Shown piece by piece: positions 25,315 through 37,296 of a DNA stretch of 64,000 bases (the stretch's first letter is position 1; each line of letters opens with the position of its first letter). Source of the DNA: Flectonema sp. DT1601 (Eukaryota). Position numbers and translations under genes: made by a program. The notes below the pieces were generated by a model, which ran no database searches, was not told the DNA's origin, and saw only the letters and a program-made list of their open reading frames with translations. The DNA is taken from NCBI GenBank assembly GCA_964019425.1, contig OZ025789.1:310001-374000 (forward strand), written 5' to 3'.

Positions 25315-27347
25315 TTTTTTTTTTTTTTTTTTTGTGTAGCTTACCTTTTTTTTGTGTTTGTTTGAAAAAAAAAATAAATAAATAAATAAATAAATAGTAG
25401 TGAGTTTTTCCATAGAGGATGATCATTGGACATCATTTCCAAACAGTCTGTTCGTTTAGTTTTTTTGTTGAACTATTTGTGCCTGCTTTTTAAAAATAAT
25501 AATCAATAATAAAAAAATAACTTCTTTTCCTCGAAACCAAAGAGACTGGATGTGCCATGGTACTATCCACGCTTTGGCAAGTTGAGTGGTCTCAACTCTG
25601 AAACTAACTGTCAGGTTTGAGAATAAGAGAAAAAAGGTGAGCTAGAAAATAAAAGAAATGAAGAAGAAAAAGAGAGGGGAGGTAAATTAATCTGTCCTCG
25701 AGTGACAAATAAAAAAAAACGTTTTTTTTTTTTTTTTTTTTCTTCCTTCTTACTTCTTGAATGATGAAAACACACCCTTTGGTTTAATTTAATAAATTTC
25801 TATGCCTCCATTATAGGCGTATATTTCCTTTTTCTTTTTTTTTCTTTTTTTTTTTTTTGGGAGGCGTTGCAACATTTGCTTTCGATCCTTCTGGGAGGAA
25901 CCTTCACGCGTATAAATAAAAGTTCGTAGTTCTCCAGCTTTGCATTCTTGGAACGGTAAATTACAATAACCATTTTTTTTTTTTGTTTTTCCCTCAGAAC
26001 TCACAAGATAAAAAATTTTTCGCATGCATCCGGAGTCTCCGAAATTATTAAAACTAGACGCTCGTTCAAACATAAGAAACATTGCTGCAAGCAGGAGTAC
26101 CTGCACTGCTCATGTACCTTTCTTATGATTGAATATTTAGTGTTTCTGACCAACAGAAGAGGTAGCAGTACCGAATAAATAAAACAAATCAAGCAATAAT
26201 GGTTACAAGATCTGTCCTACTTATATCTGTAATGCAAGTTCTTCTTTTAATATTACTTTAAAGATTAGATGAAAAGTTCCTTATAAAAAAACCTAATTCT
26301 ATAAACAGCGATATATTCAAAAAAAGAAAAAAAAAAAAGAAAAGAAAAGAAAAAAAAAAAACTCAGGGTAAGGAATAAACCTGTGGCCAGTATGGGTCTA
26401 AGTTAATCTTTCTTCTTTTTTTTTTTTTTTTTTTTTCTTTTTTTTTGAGGTGGACAGTAGTAATGTGACAGACAGTCTGCCGCATTTTTTTTTTTTTTTC
26501 CCCCATCAAGAGAGCAGTTCAGAAACAACAAATAGGCATACAAAAGGAGAACAAAATAAAAAAAGAGAGTCTGGGTGGTGACTGAAAGACGAAGCAGATG
26601 AGATAACAAACAAGTTTGAAGCAGCTATTTAGAAACAAAAAAAAAACCCAGCAGAGTAAAAACAGAAAATGAGAAGAAAAATAACCGACTAACGGGTTTC
26701 TGAGGGAAACAATTGTTGAAAATGAATATTATTGAGAGAACGGTTTTTTTTTTTTTTTTTTTTTAAATTTCTTCCTTTTTCTTTCAACGAATGAAGGTTT
26801 GGAAAGAACGAAAAATTCCCATTCAGATAGCCAGCATTATAATTCCGTTAATCGCAGACAGTAAAACCGAACCTCACATGGAGAAACAGACAAACACTCG
26901 AACATAATAAATAAGACGACTCGTAATCTAAATAGTTTTCTTCTCCAACTTCGTTGGTGTTAGAAGGGAAAGAAGAAGGGAATAGAAAAAGGGGAGCAAA
27001 ATCAATACTACCAAGCTCAAGGGGGCTGAATGTTTGAATTTGTAAAATACAACTGTTTTGTATCGCGTAACAAACTCTTTAATTAATACCATATTATCAA
27101 GTCGGGGGGTTAACTGTTCGAGTTTGTACGTAAAATACAAATGTATTGTATCATAAACAACATAACGATAATTTAACATTAGTTCCGAGATACAGTGACT
27201 AAAGGTAATGTTAGTGTAGGTATACACTCTGCTCAAGGGGGGCAAAAAAAAAGAAAGTCAAAAGAAAACACGAACATCATTTTAACAAAACTCTCTAAAA
27301 AGAGAGATCTTTTATTTTTTCCCATTTTATTTATTTTTTTTTTTTAA

Positions 27348-28116
27348 CATAGATGGAAGTGCCCTACAATTTGGAGGGCGTGTAGGGCGCTTGTAGGGCG
27401 CTTTTAATATAAATATTATTTTGGAGGGCGCTTTTTTTTTCCTTTTTTATTACTATAAGACAGCTAAATTGACGGGGACTTACACTGACGCACAAGTATT
27501 TTGACGCAGAAGCCAAAAAATTTTTTTTTGACATGCTTGGCAGTCTTTCGAAAAAGAGAAAAGGGTGTCACGGGGTTCGAACCTGAGACCTCCAGGTCAT
27601 AGTTCGACGGTCAACAATGGCAAAAACAATGGACCACTCCTTGAGAGCTTCCGGAGCCTGCTGCAATCCCTGAAGCTGAAACTCATTTCAGTGGACGATG
27701 CATCCCAGATCTACAAGGAGCTGATTAGCCCGCAGAATGCACCAAGTCGAATATAGAGGGATTCGAGGAGGGAGAGTGCGTTCTTGCTAACCTGTTAATA
27801 GGCCGGTCTTCACGGTACCTTGTGAGAAAAAAAAGAAGTTTACTGGTGGCAAGTAAACTGATATCCCAGAGACGCATTTGATCGGGCGAACCGGAGAAAA
27901 GTCAAATAAGATGCGATTCGACCTCGCTGAGGGCAGGGGTGTGTCAAAATGAGCTCGGCATTATATTAAATTTAATTAAAAAAGCGCCCTACGCGCCCTC
28001 CAGCGCCCTATTTTGGCCCTATTTTGGCCCTACAATGGCCCTATTTTGGCCCTACAAATTTTTGTGGCTGATTTTCACCAAACGCCCTCCAAATTTGGAG
28101 GGCACTTCCATCTATG
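27348..28116. mobile_element. Non-autonomous TIR element with CATAG termini
   Basis: TIRs CATAGATGGAAGTGCCCT...TTTGGAGGGCGT / ACGCCCTCCAAATTTGGAGGGCACTTCCATCTATG; flanked by TTTTAA on both sides; subterminal AGGGCG and GCCCTATTTTG repeats. Confidence 0.8.
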
Positions 28117-29299
28117 TTTTAAAATGGTTAAAAATATGAATCAAAGCGCGTGAAAAAATCGACAAAGTTAGAAAACAGTAACAATCATAGAATGAGAATA
28201 TTATCCAGTTTTTTTTCCTTGACTCAAAGAAAAAAAAGAAGAAGAAAAAAGGAAAAAAATATATTTTGTAGTTGTTAATCAAAGAAAAGGTTCATTTAGA
28301 AAAAAAAGAAAAAGAAAGAGAAATAAATATATATTTTTTCGTCTTATTAACCAGTCTTATTAACCAGAAGACGTTATCGAATCAAGGAAGGGCAAAAAAA
28401 AAGAAGACGAAAAAAAGAAACAAGACTGAGAGAGGAAAATAACACATGCGCTGTCAACAACAACAAAAAAAAAAAAGACTACATAAGTTGAGTTTATATC
28501 CAAGAAATGTCAGGAAAATTTATGTTTACAAAAAACAATGTAATACAAAAGTAAGTAATAATTAATTATAATTACAGCAATTTTAGTGATTTTAGTGATT
28601 TTAGTAATTAACTTCAAATTTGTCAAAAATAATATCGACCTGGTCGTAAAAGTTATGAACTTAACCCAACAAAGAAAAAAAGAATTGGATTTATCTTCAA
28701 CTATACAGAAAATAATAATATAACAACTGTTGATTTTTTTTGTTTGTGTCACGAAACCCCTGTGAACCGACTTAAACTGATAAAGCTAAAGGAAGTTTTA
28801 CATGTGCTGCCCCCAACATTATTTTTTCGTTCTTACAATACTTGTTAAATGCAAAAGAAATCAACATGACAGACACAGTGCAGATTCTCCGACCCTCACG
28901 TTGAAAAAAAAAATTTTTAAAAGAAATGGACTCGGAAGAAATAAGTAAGTTGCATTTTCAATAATCCAAGTCAAACACCTTCTTTTTTTTTTTTTTTTTT
29001 TTTTTCCTGGAGAAAGCGATGCGGAAGAAAGAAAAAAAAAAAGAAAGACTAAGAAATATAGTCATCGGACATGAACAACGATATGAACCCATCGATAATC
29101 AAAAAAAAAAAAAAAAAAAAAAAAAAGACGGATCTTGTTTAAAAACCATTCAGATTAGCCGGATATTTCGTTGAACAGCAGAGGTCAACAAACAAGGGAA
29201 AATAAATCATGACCATAAGAAATAACAGCTTTTCAACCTAAGCAGTTTTTTTTTTTTTTTTCTCCAACCACGTTGGCACAAAAAAATAGGAGAGAGAGC

Positions 29300-32200
29300 C
29301 TATTTCTCGAATTGTTTCTTCGACAAATCGATAAAAATCTGTTCCAGACTCATCTGAGAAACCGAGTAGTACTTTATTGAGAGACGTGTTTTATTGTTTT
29401 CGATCACAGTAAAGATATCCGCAAGCTGCTCTGTTGGATTACAATTTACGGAAAAGGGAATTTGAATTTTATAATGATGTGCAACGTGTTCGTAAGTTTC
29501 AGGATGCATGTTGTTCTCTCTGAATACGGAAAGAGCTTTTTCCCTTGGTGAATTAACATCTGAAACGTCTTCTAGAGACACTTCTAAGAAATAACTGTTG
29601 CAGAACTTATCAGTGAGTGAGCTTAGTGTCCCTGTCGTTATCATCTCACCATCGATCATAATACCAATTCTTGTTCCAAGTTTCGCAGCTTCATCCATGT
29701 AATGTGTTGACAGTAGAATAGCTGGCAAGTCATAGTTTCCTTCTCCTTTCAGAAGGCCGGGTTTCAATGCTGACCATACTAAGTGTCTTGCAGCAGGATC
29801 CATTCCTGTTGTCACCTCATCGATTATCATTGCTTTTGGATAGCCAACCATTGCAATCGCTAAAGACAATCGTCGTTTATATCCTCCAGATAGATTCTTT
29901 GCCATTGTATTTTCATAACGTGTTAATCCCAGAATCGACATAATAGATTCAATGTGATTGAGTGTATCTTCTGAAGACAGATCTAATCCTCTGAGCTGAG
30001 AGTAGAATTTCATGTGATCCAGAACACTTAAATTCAAAAACAAGGAATCGAACTGGGGACAACTAGAAATCGCACATCCATCGTATAAATGGTTAATGAC
30101 TCTGTCTTCAGATTTCGCAATGCGATTATCAAGAACGATTTCACCGTAATCAGGAGTGTACTCTCCTGTCAGCATCGATGTTGTTACTGTCTTCCCAGCT
30201 CCATTGGGTCCAAGAAGAACAAAAATTTCATTTTCTTTGATTCCAAAGCTGATTCCCTTAACTGCTCTTTTTAACGTAATTTTTCCTTTTTGTTCTTTTG
30301 ACTCAACTTTGAAAGTCTTAACCAAATCTCTCGCGTTAATTCCACTACTTTGTTTCATGCTTCGAGACCTCTCTAATGAGATATCTGGTGAGGATGAGGT
30401 ATCGATCGGCTGAATAGCACCATCAGCTATTTCTTCATCAGAAAGTTTCGTTCTACTTGGTCTGAAGTAACTTAAATTTCTTAATAAAAACCATTCAAAG
30501 GTTCCAACAATAATCATAAGTAACAGGGTAAACCAGACTCTGTTTTGCCAGTTCCACACATCACTCCATAATAGGTTCGAATCATTGTATGTGGGTGATG
30601 AATCGATAACTCCACCAAGGCCTCTTTGAAATGCAAACGGTGGAAAGAGAGACAGAAAATCACCAACCACCCTGATAGGATTTTTACTATCATCACCCAC
30701 TAACTGTAAAGCGATTGACCATCCAGCATATGGAGCAGACATACCAGTCATGTACAGACCTGGAAACCAATTTTTTGCACTTTCAAAATTCGATTTCAGT
30801 AAAAACGAAAACAACAATCCCAACGGAGTAACTGCAAAAGCATAACCCAACAAAAGCAGTACCGTTCCAAGCCATCTTCCTCCATTACCAAATAAAACTG
30901 ATTGAAACGCATTTCCTAAAATAATGATGACGATCATGAATGGAACATAAGTAGTGATACATTTGTATGTTGCTATTCCCAGGTATGATTGCCAATCACT
31001 GACTCCAGCAACTCTAAAAAGGTTAAATATATTACTACTTTTTAAGAGAAGGACGTCAAGAACAGATAAAACTAAACCCACGACACCAAAAGAGATCACA
31101 ATGGGTAGAATGATGATATCAATCCGAAATCCACTGTCTTTATAAGGGAGTTGTGAGATGCTTACATTTACTCCTTCGAAACCATTTTTCCAAAACTCGT
31201 AATTTGAATAAATCATTTCAGATACCTGAAGAGCATAAGCAGATGCTTTATCATTATGTTGCAACGTTTGATTTTGAGCATAATACCCTCCAAAAACTGA
31301 AACTGTTTCGTTAAAATACGAACTGACATTCTGAAGAGTCGGAACAGGAAGTAAAGGATCAATAGAACGTCCAGCAAGATCACTAAAACCAAATAATCTC
31401 ATCGGTGTGTCGACCAATTGAGGTGACACTACGACGTCATTTGGAGTCTTGATAACCGCTTCTGTGTTATTTATGAAAGAAACTGCTATGAATCCTCCCA
31501 CCAAATAGATCAAAGGCATCACAATGTTGACGGCGATACTACCAGATTGCTTAGCAGCATTGCGTAACATGTAGGATTGAACTACTTTTATCTTTCTAAG
31601 AAAAGTTAATTTCTTCACAGCGGTTGGCGGATTCCAAATTCTTGAAAGTGTTTCTGATGATATCAAGGGTTCAATGGTAACAGATGCGTCAGGAGATTCG
31701 TCTGTTTCATCGTAGTCTTCTCTTCCTGTTGCTAAGAACACTTCTTCTAAAGTTGCTAATTTCAATGAGACATCAGTCGCACCCGAAGACGACAATTCAT
31801 TTAGTATCGCTGGAAAATTCTTTTCTGATCCATGAGGAAGACACCACTCTTGCTCATTAATCCCTTCAGTTTCAACGGATTCAGCTGCCGGAATCGATTT
31901 TTTGACATTAATACACTTGGGAAGTTGGTAGTTAAGTCTGTATCCAGCTCCAAAATGATGTTTTAAAAATAAAGTACTTCCACAAGTCACAACCTTTCCT
32001 CTGTTAATTATGCATACTCTATCAGATAGGACGTCAGCTTCTTCCATGAAATGAGTTGTTAAGATAATGCTGCGACCTTTCTTTGCTTTTAGAATCATAT
32101 CCCATACTTGTCTTCTATTGTACGGATCCATCCCTGCTGTTGGTTCGTCGAGGAAGATGGCTTCTGGACTTCCTAAACAGGCAATTGCGATGCTTACTTT

Positions 32201-34063
32201 TCTTTTCATACCTCCAGAAAAAGTTTTTAAAGGCTTATCAGCATCACCTGAAGAAGTGAATTTAACCTCATCGATCCGACGTTGAACTTCGTCATTAATC
32301 GCGTCTTTGTCAGACTGTCCAGCTCTCTTTGTAATATTTCCTTTTAATGACGCATACAGTGTGAGTACTTCTCTGCAGGTATCACCATCATTTAAAAGCA
32401 AATTATGCTGAGGACATACCCCAATGTGTTTTCTAATAGTGGCAACGTCTACTGTCGATCCCGATTTGAAGTTAAAACAAATATCACCAGAGTCTGATTG
32501 CAACTCTCCCGACATCAGTTTAATGCAAGTGGTTTTACCCGCACCGTTGTGACCAAGAAAACCGAAAACTTCATCTCTGCAAATCGTCATGTCCAAACCT
32601 TTTAATACATCAACAGTCTTTTGATGTTTAAAACACGTCGTTTTATTAAAAGACTTAAACAATCTTTTAACAGACAACAGAACATTTGCATTATTAGATA
32701 ATGGCTCTACATGAGGTGAACCAGAAATTGCCTTGTCTCTTGATTGAATGAGTCCCATGTTTACATCACCTGAGTTGGTTCCCACTTTAGTAGTCTGCCT
32801 TGAATAGAATACGATTGCAGAGATCCAGAACATTATTCCACACAGCTGACCAATGTAAGAGGCGATCAGACCAGATGAGACGATGTCTGAAGGATGAACT
32901 CCAGTACCATAACCTTGATAGTCATAATTACCATAAACAGAACTGTAATGAATGATTCCAAAAAAAGGTGAAATTCCGGTGAGGATACCCAAAACGACAT
33001 CAGGCAGTTCCGTTGCAAAAGCTAAAGCACCAACTGCAATACTCAGCAAAACACACATCCATGGAATTCCGTTAGCCAACTCTTCTTGTTTTACGAACTG
33101 AGCTAACAATGCACAAATACAATACATGTGAACAAGCATAAGATAATGTGATACGTAAACAAGACCCATATTCGACCTAGAGTACAGTCTGAATACGAAG
33201 GAGATCAGAGTCATTATTCCAGCTGTCAACAATCCGTTTGCTGACAAGAAAATGACCCAACTGAAAAGATACGATCTGAGATGGACTCCAATCAGTAGAT
33301 AAGCTCTTACGACTTCTTTTAAATTTTCTTGAACAATTGGAAGGAAAGTGAACATCATCATCAAAGCACATGCCATGGCTATCAATGCCCCAGGACCGAA
33401 TGATATCGCCCAGCTTGGTTTACTCGTATATTGAATCTCAGGGATCTCTTGAACCTGATAAATAGGAACAATTGGCGTGCCTGAAATGTCTAATAGAGCA
33501 CCGTTTACTAAATGTTGAGTTCCTGCGAGCCATTTTCTGAAACTTCCTTGTGTGATATCCTTATCAGAGTTGTAGTAAATGGTGTAGCTTTGATTATTTT
33601 GAAGGAACAATGCTGCTCTGTCACTTGGGATGTCTATGTCATATATGCGAGTTTTGAATTCCGTAATGTTAGTCAAAGCAGACACACTCGTGTCTGAAAT
33701 ATTTTTTTGTAAACGAATTTGTACCTGAGATAGTAAACTTTGGTCACTTGATCCTAAAATGATCGATTCTGGAAGATCCCAATTTTCTCCATCATTCAAA
33801 AGTAATTTTCCACTACCCCCCTTTCCCTTTTCTGAATCATAGCCAACCATAAACCCAATTGTGTACATCATCATCATAAAAGCAACTCCGAATGTTCTTA
33901 TGAACCAATATTTCTTCTTTGCAAGATCCCTTCGTACTAAATTTTTCACTAAAATTGCAACATGATCTGATTGCGAAGGTATCGATGTCCTGTTATCAAC
34001 AGCAGAGCCGTATAATGATTCATCTAACCCACCTAGCTTCCCATCACTGGTTTCCATAGTCAT
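29300..34063 (-). CDS. Full-size ABC transporter, subfamily A
   Basis: 1587 aa TMD-NBD-TMD-NBD; Walker A GHNGAGKT and GPNGAGKT, signatures FSGGMKRK and LSGGYKRR, Walker B FLDEPTAGMDP, TTHFMEEA. Confidence 0.95.
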   Translation of the reverse strand: MTMETSDGKLGGLDESLYGSAVDNRTSIPSQSDHVAILVKNLVRRDLAKKKYWFIRTFGVAFMMMMYTIGFMVGYDSEKGKGGSGKLLLNDGENWDLPESIILGSSDQSLLSQVQIRLQKNISDTSVSALTNITEFKTRIYDIDIPSDRAALFLQNNQSYTIYYNSDKDITQGSFRKWLAGTQHLVNGALLDISGTPIVPIYQVQEIPEIQYTSKPSWAISFGPGALIAMACALMMMFTFLPIVQENLKEVVRAYLLIGVHLRSYLFSWVIFLSANGLLTAGIMTLISFVFRLYSRSNMGLVYVSHYLMLVHMYCICALLAQFVKQEELANGIPWMCVLLSIAVGALAFATELPDVVLGILTGISPFFGIIHYSSVYGNYDYQGYGTGVHPSDIVSSGLIASYIGQLCGIMFWISAIVFYSRQTTKVGTNSGDVNMGLIQSRDKAISGSPHVEPLSNNANVLLSVKRLFKSFNKTTCFKHQKTVDVLKGLDMTICRDEVFGFLGHNGAGKTTCIKLMSGELQSDSGDICFNFKSGSTVDVATIRKHIGVCPQHNLLLNDGDTCREVLTLYASLKGNITKRAGQSDKDAINDEVQRRIDEVKFTSSGDADKPLKTFSGGMKRKVSIAIACLGSPEAIFLDEPTAGMDPYNRRQVWDMILKAKKGRSIILTTHFMEEADVLSDRVCIINRGKVVTCGSTLFLKHHFGAGYRLNYQLPKCINVKKSIPAAESVETEGINEQEWCLPHGSEKNFPAILNELSSSGATDVSLKLATLEEVFLATGREDYDETDESPDASVTIEPLISSETLSRIWNPPTAVKKLTFLRKIKVVQSYMLRNAAKQSGSIAVNIVMPLIYLVGGFIAVSFINNTEAVIKTPNDVVVSPQLVDTPMRLFGFSDLAGRSIDPLLPVPTLQNVSSYFNETVSVFGGYYAQNQTLQHNDKASAYALQVSEMIYSNYEFWKNGFEGVNVSISQLPYKDSGFRIDIIILPIVISFGVVGLVLSVLDVLLLKSSNIFNLFRVAGVSDWQSYLGIATYKCITTYVPFMIVIIILGNAFQSVLFGNGGRWLGTVLLLLGYAFAVTPLGLLFSFLLKSNFESAKNWFPGLYMTGMSAPYAGWSIALQLVGDDSKNPIRVVGDFLSLFPPFAFQRGLGGVIDSSPTYNDSNLLWSDVWNWQNRVWFTLLLMIIVGTFEWFLLRNLSYFRPSRTKLSDEEIADGAIQPIDTSSSPDISLERSRSMKQSSGINARDLVKTFKVESKEQKGKITLKRAVKGISFGIKENEIFVLLGPNGAGKTVTTSMLTGEYTPDYGEIVLDNRIAKSEDRVINHLYDGCAISSCPQFDSLFLNLSVLDHMKFYSQLRGLDLSSEDTLNHIESIMSILGLTRYENTMAKNLSGGYKRRLSLAIAMVGYPKAMIIDEVTTGMDPAARHLVWSALKPGLLKGEGNYDLPAILLSTHYMDEAAKLGTRIGIMIDGEMITTGTLSSLTDKFCNSYFLEVSLEDVSDVNSPREKALSVFRENNMHPETYEHVAHHYKIQIPFSVNCNPTEQLADIFTVIENNKTRLSIKYYSVSQMSLEQIFIDLSKKQFEK

Positions 34064-34719
34064 GAGAACTGGGAAGATAATTAATAAACTAATTGTTAAC
34101 CTTCACTTCACTTTACTTCACTTCAATCGTTCCTACCTCCAGATAGAAATGGTGAGGAATTACAGAATATGTTATTGAAAAGGGAAGCTGTTTTCCAAAC
34201 ACAACGTTGGAGGTGTTATTTTTTTTTTTTTTCTTTTTTTTTTGTCATGGAATCCCATCCAAGAGTTGTTACTTAATTTATTTATTTATTTTTCCTTCTT
34301 TTTTTAAAATCCTGGGATAGAAAACACACATGCTTGTTATCTTTTTTGTCAGCTGGAATTCCATCTGAGAAAAAACTGGAGGTACTTAAAAAAAACAAGT
34401 ATTTTTTTTTTTTTTTTTTTTTACTTAGTTATTCAACCTGTACAAGAGACCGTTGATTAACTTAGCTTTTGATTTACGCTTTGCATTATTACGGTATCAG
34501 GTAAGTTTAAAGAAGAAGAAATCATCCGACATAAATATTTTTTTTCTTTTTTTTGGTCCAACATTATCACATTGTTTTATTTAATTTTTTTTTTTTTTTT
34601 GGCGATCGGTAAAATAAAAAGGGAGAGAAAAAAAAGACAAAAAAGAAAAAGAAAAAGAAAAAGTAAAATCCAACATGCTGTGGAATACTTACAAAATAGT
34701 AAGTTCTGAGGGGAAAACG

Positions 34720-35118
34720 AGGTTCTCACAACCCGCAAAAGTTCAACGAATTCGCGAGTTTGTTTTCCGCAAGAAGATTTTCCAGCCGCAAGAATATTTT
34801 CCAGCGAGTAGTTTTTTTTTGTTTTTTTTATTTCAAGTTCTTAAGAAAATGAAATTAATAATTTGAATGTTAATTGGTCAGCTGTTGCAAAAAAGGGAAA
34901 GCGTGGGAGGAATAGAACTGAAGTGATCTACCCAGATGGCTAGGAACTCAGAGATGGGGTTAGAAACCTCTCTCACGTACAATTCAAAAGAAAAACAACC
35001 AAAGAAATGTTTTCATGCAATCACTTTATAAATTACTGCAAAATGAATAATTCTCTCGAGAGGAAATATTCTCGTGAAACTGGAGATTTTTCCTCACAAG
35101 TATAATTCCTTTCATAGT
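34720..35118. repeat. Decayed relatives of the MITE at 52404-52840
   Basis: GGAAATATTCTCG and CGCAAGAATATTTTCC motifs and TACTG...TAGTA ends resemble that MITE. Confidence 0.45.
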
Positions 35119-35168
35119 ATTGCAACTTAACTAACTACATGAACGAGGAAACCAACAGGTCAATCATT

Positions 35169-36333
35169 TTATTGAGCATTGATATCTTTCAAGATTGCAG
35201 TAGGTATCTTAAAGGTATTCTCGTCCTCACCCGAAAACTTCCAACACACTCGGCATATTTCTGGAAGGTCATACAGATCTACTTTCTCATTGGCTTCTTT
35301 CAACCGCCTGCTTTTCTCGGAAAGTACTTTTTCATTAGTTTCAAATTTGAATTCCAGTGTATCTGGACACTTTATTAAATAAAACGCTGTAGCAAGTTTT
35401 TGATTGTAGTAGATACTCTCTGTTTCCTCAACAGCGTTTGTAAGAGCCGACAAATGGTCCTTCTCTAGAAAGTATTCGAGCTCTTCTTTCATTTCTCGAA
35501 TTGCAGTTTCTCTTGAGTTGTCGTCGTCGTCCCTCTCATAACGTCCTCCAGGGATGCTAAAGTAATCAATGCTAGCCGTTGGGTTAACGAATAGGAATTT
35601 ATTGTCTTCCCTGTGGATTACAACTCGTGATTTTATTATAACTCGAATTTTAGAGTCTTCCTCACTGGTCTCCGAATCCTTTGCGTTAAGATCTTCGAAT
35701 AAGTAGGGTCCATCGAAAACATCCGGATTTTTTTTTGCATACATCTCCCTCATTTTCATTTTTAGAATTGGTTGATTTGGGCTTTTGAGGATGTAATTGT
35801 ATTCCGGTTGGCTCAGTTTATGGATTTTAAATTTGAATGAAGGCTGCTCTTGAAAGCTAAACTTTTCATCAAAGGACTCCATAAATGTATAGACCTCCTC
35901 AACATCCGCACTCTCAGGTATCCCAACAACAGCGAGGAAATTATCTGCTATTCTGACCACTTTAAAAGTGGGATCCCACTTTAACGGCTCTGTTGGAGTC
36001 AAATGTTTCAGCGTAACATTAAGTTTGGATGCGCCTGATTTAGTATCTCTAGCAAGAGACCACAAGGCATTTAATCCATAAGTAAAGCCAGTGTGTTCTA
36101 CCTCAGATTCAGACTTAACAGCTTCAGGTACCTCTACACGGTGCAACATGTCTGGTAGTACCATGAGAAACGATTTAACTCTGATATGAGTCATTCCTGC
36201 TGCTCCCTGGCTCATGTTAGTTAGTATATTAAGCTATGGTGGGGAGTTATCAAAAAAAAATAATAAAGAGAAAACCTCCAATCCGAACACAAAAGCAACC
36301 ACTCACCTTCTCATCACTGGTTTCCATAGTCAT
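35169..36333 (-). CDS. Nudix hydrolase-domain protein; probable 27-nt first exon 36333-36307, second exon from 36233
   Basis: Nudix box PGGRYERDDDDNSRETAIREMKEEL in the 348-aa ORF; upstream mini-exon MTMETSDEK with GTGAGT...TAG intron splices in frame. Confidence 0.75.
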
Positions 36334-36376
36334 GAGAACTGGATAGATAATTAATAAATTAAATGTTAACCTTCAC

Positions 36377-36780
36377 AGGCAGAAGCAAGTTCTGAACAGC
36401 CCAAGCTTTCCGAGATCCATAAGGAGGCACTTTGATGACTCTTAATAAAAAGTCTGTAACCTGCTGACAAAGCCTTAATTCCTTTCACTGATGTTCGGCT
36501 CAAACCATCTGCCTAAATATTTGAATTCCTTCACCATTGATAGATTCTGCATCTTTTCCCCGTTGATGGTGAGGTTAGGGTCAGTTGGAATTCCGCTTTC
36601 AAAGCTGTGAGCGACACATTTTCGCATTCCTTTGGTCCATTTCAGGAATTTCGCTAACAAGTTAAGAGCTCGTCTTGCTCCAGATTTTGAAGATATCTGA
36701 ATTGAAGATGATCAGGAATAAGCTACAGCTTGTGAATCTGTAAGATTCTGTTTTTAAAGATCCAGATGTTGTTGATTATC
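36377..36780 (-). pseudogene. Degenerate non-LTR reverse transcriptase fragment
   Basis: LTINGEKMQNL..VKEFKYLGRWF matches the RT YLG motif region; interrupted by stops and frameshifts. Confidence 0.6.
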
Positions 36781-37296
36781 CCTGTGGGGGGAAGAATTAA
36801 CGTAAGATTCCCAATTCCATTAGGTACAGAATAAACATAAACAAGTGAGGGTGACAAATAGGTACATCAATACAGATGTGCAACAACTTTCTAAACTCCA
36901 CACGGGAGGTACGCTTTAATTTTTTCATTTTTGTTGATAATTCTGTTGTGTCTGTCGTTCAGGTATTTCTTTAGACCCTCAGAATAGACCCTCAGGATTC
37001 GGGTATTGAATTAGAACAGTGTAGTGATTCTCTCCTACGCGAATTGCATTGCGAAGACTATCCCTGAAAAGGCAAGAACAAAAAAACTACTCGCACCGGA
37101 AGAAAACATACACAAAGAACACACATACAAGTACATCGCATCACTTGCTGAACCTCCATCGATCTGCTTCCATCGTTCTTTGACAAAAACAGGTAACGGG
37201 AAAAAAAAGCAAGACAAACCTGTTTTAATTGTATTGTAATTTTGGCATTGTCTTTAAAATAACACTTGTTCTTTCCCTGTTATTTGAGGCGATCGG

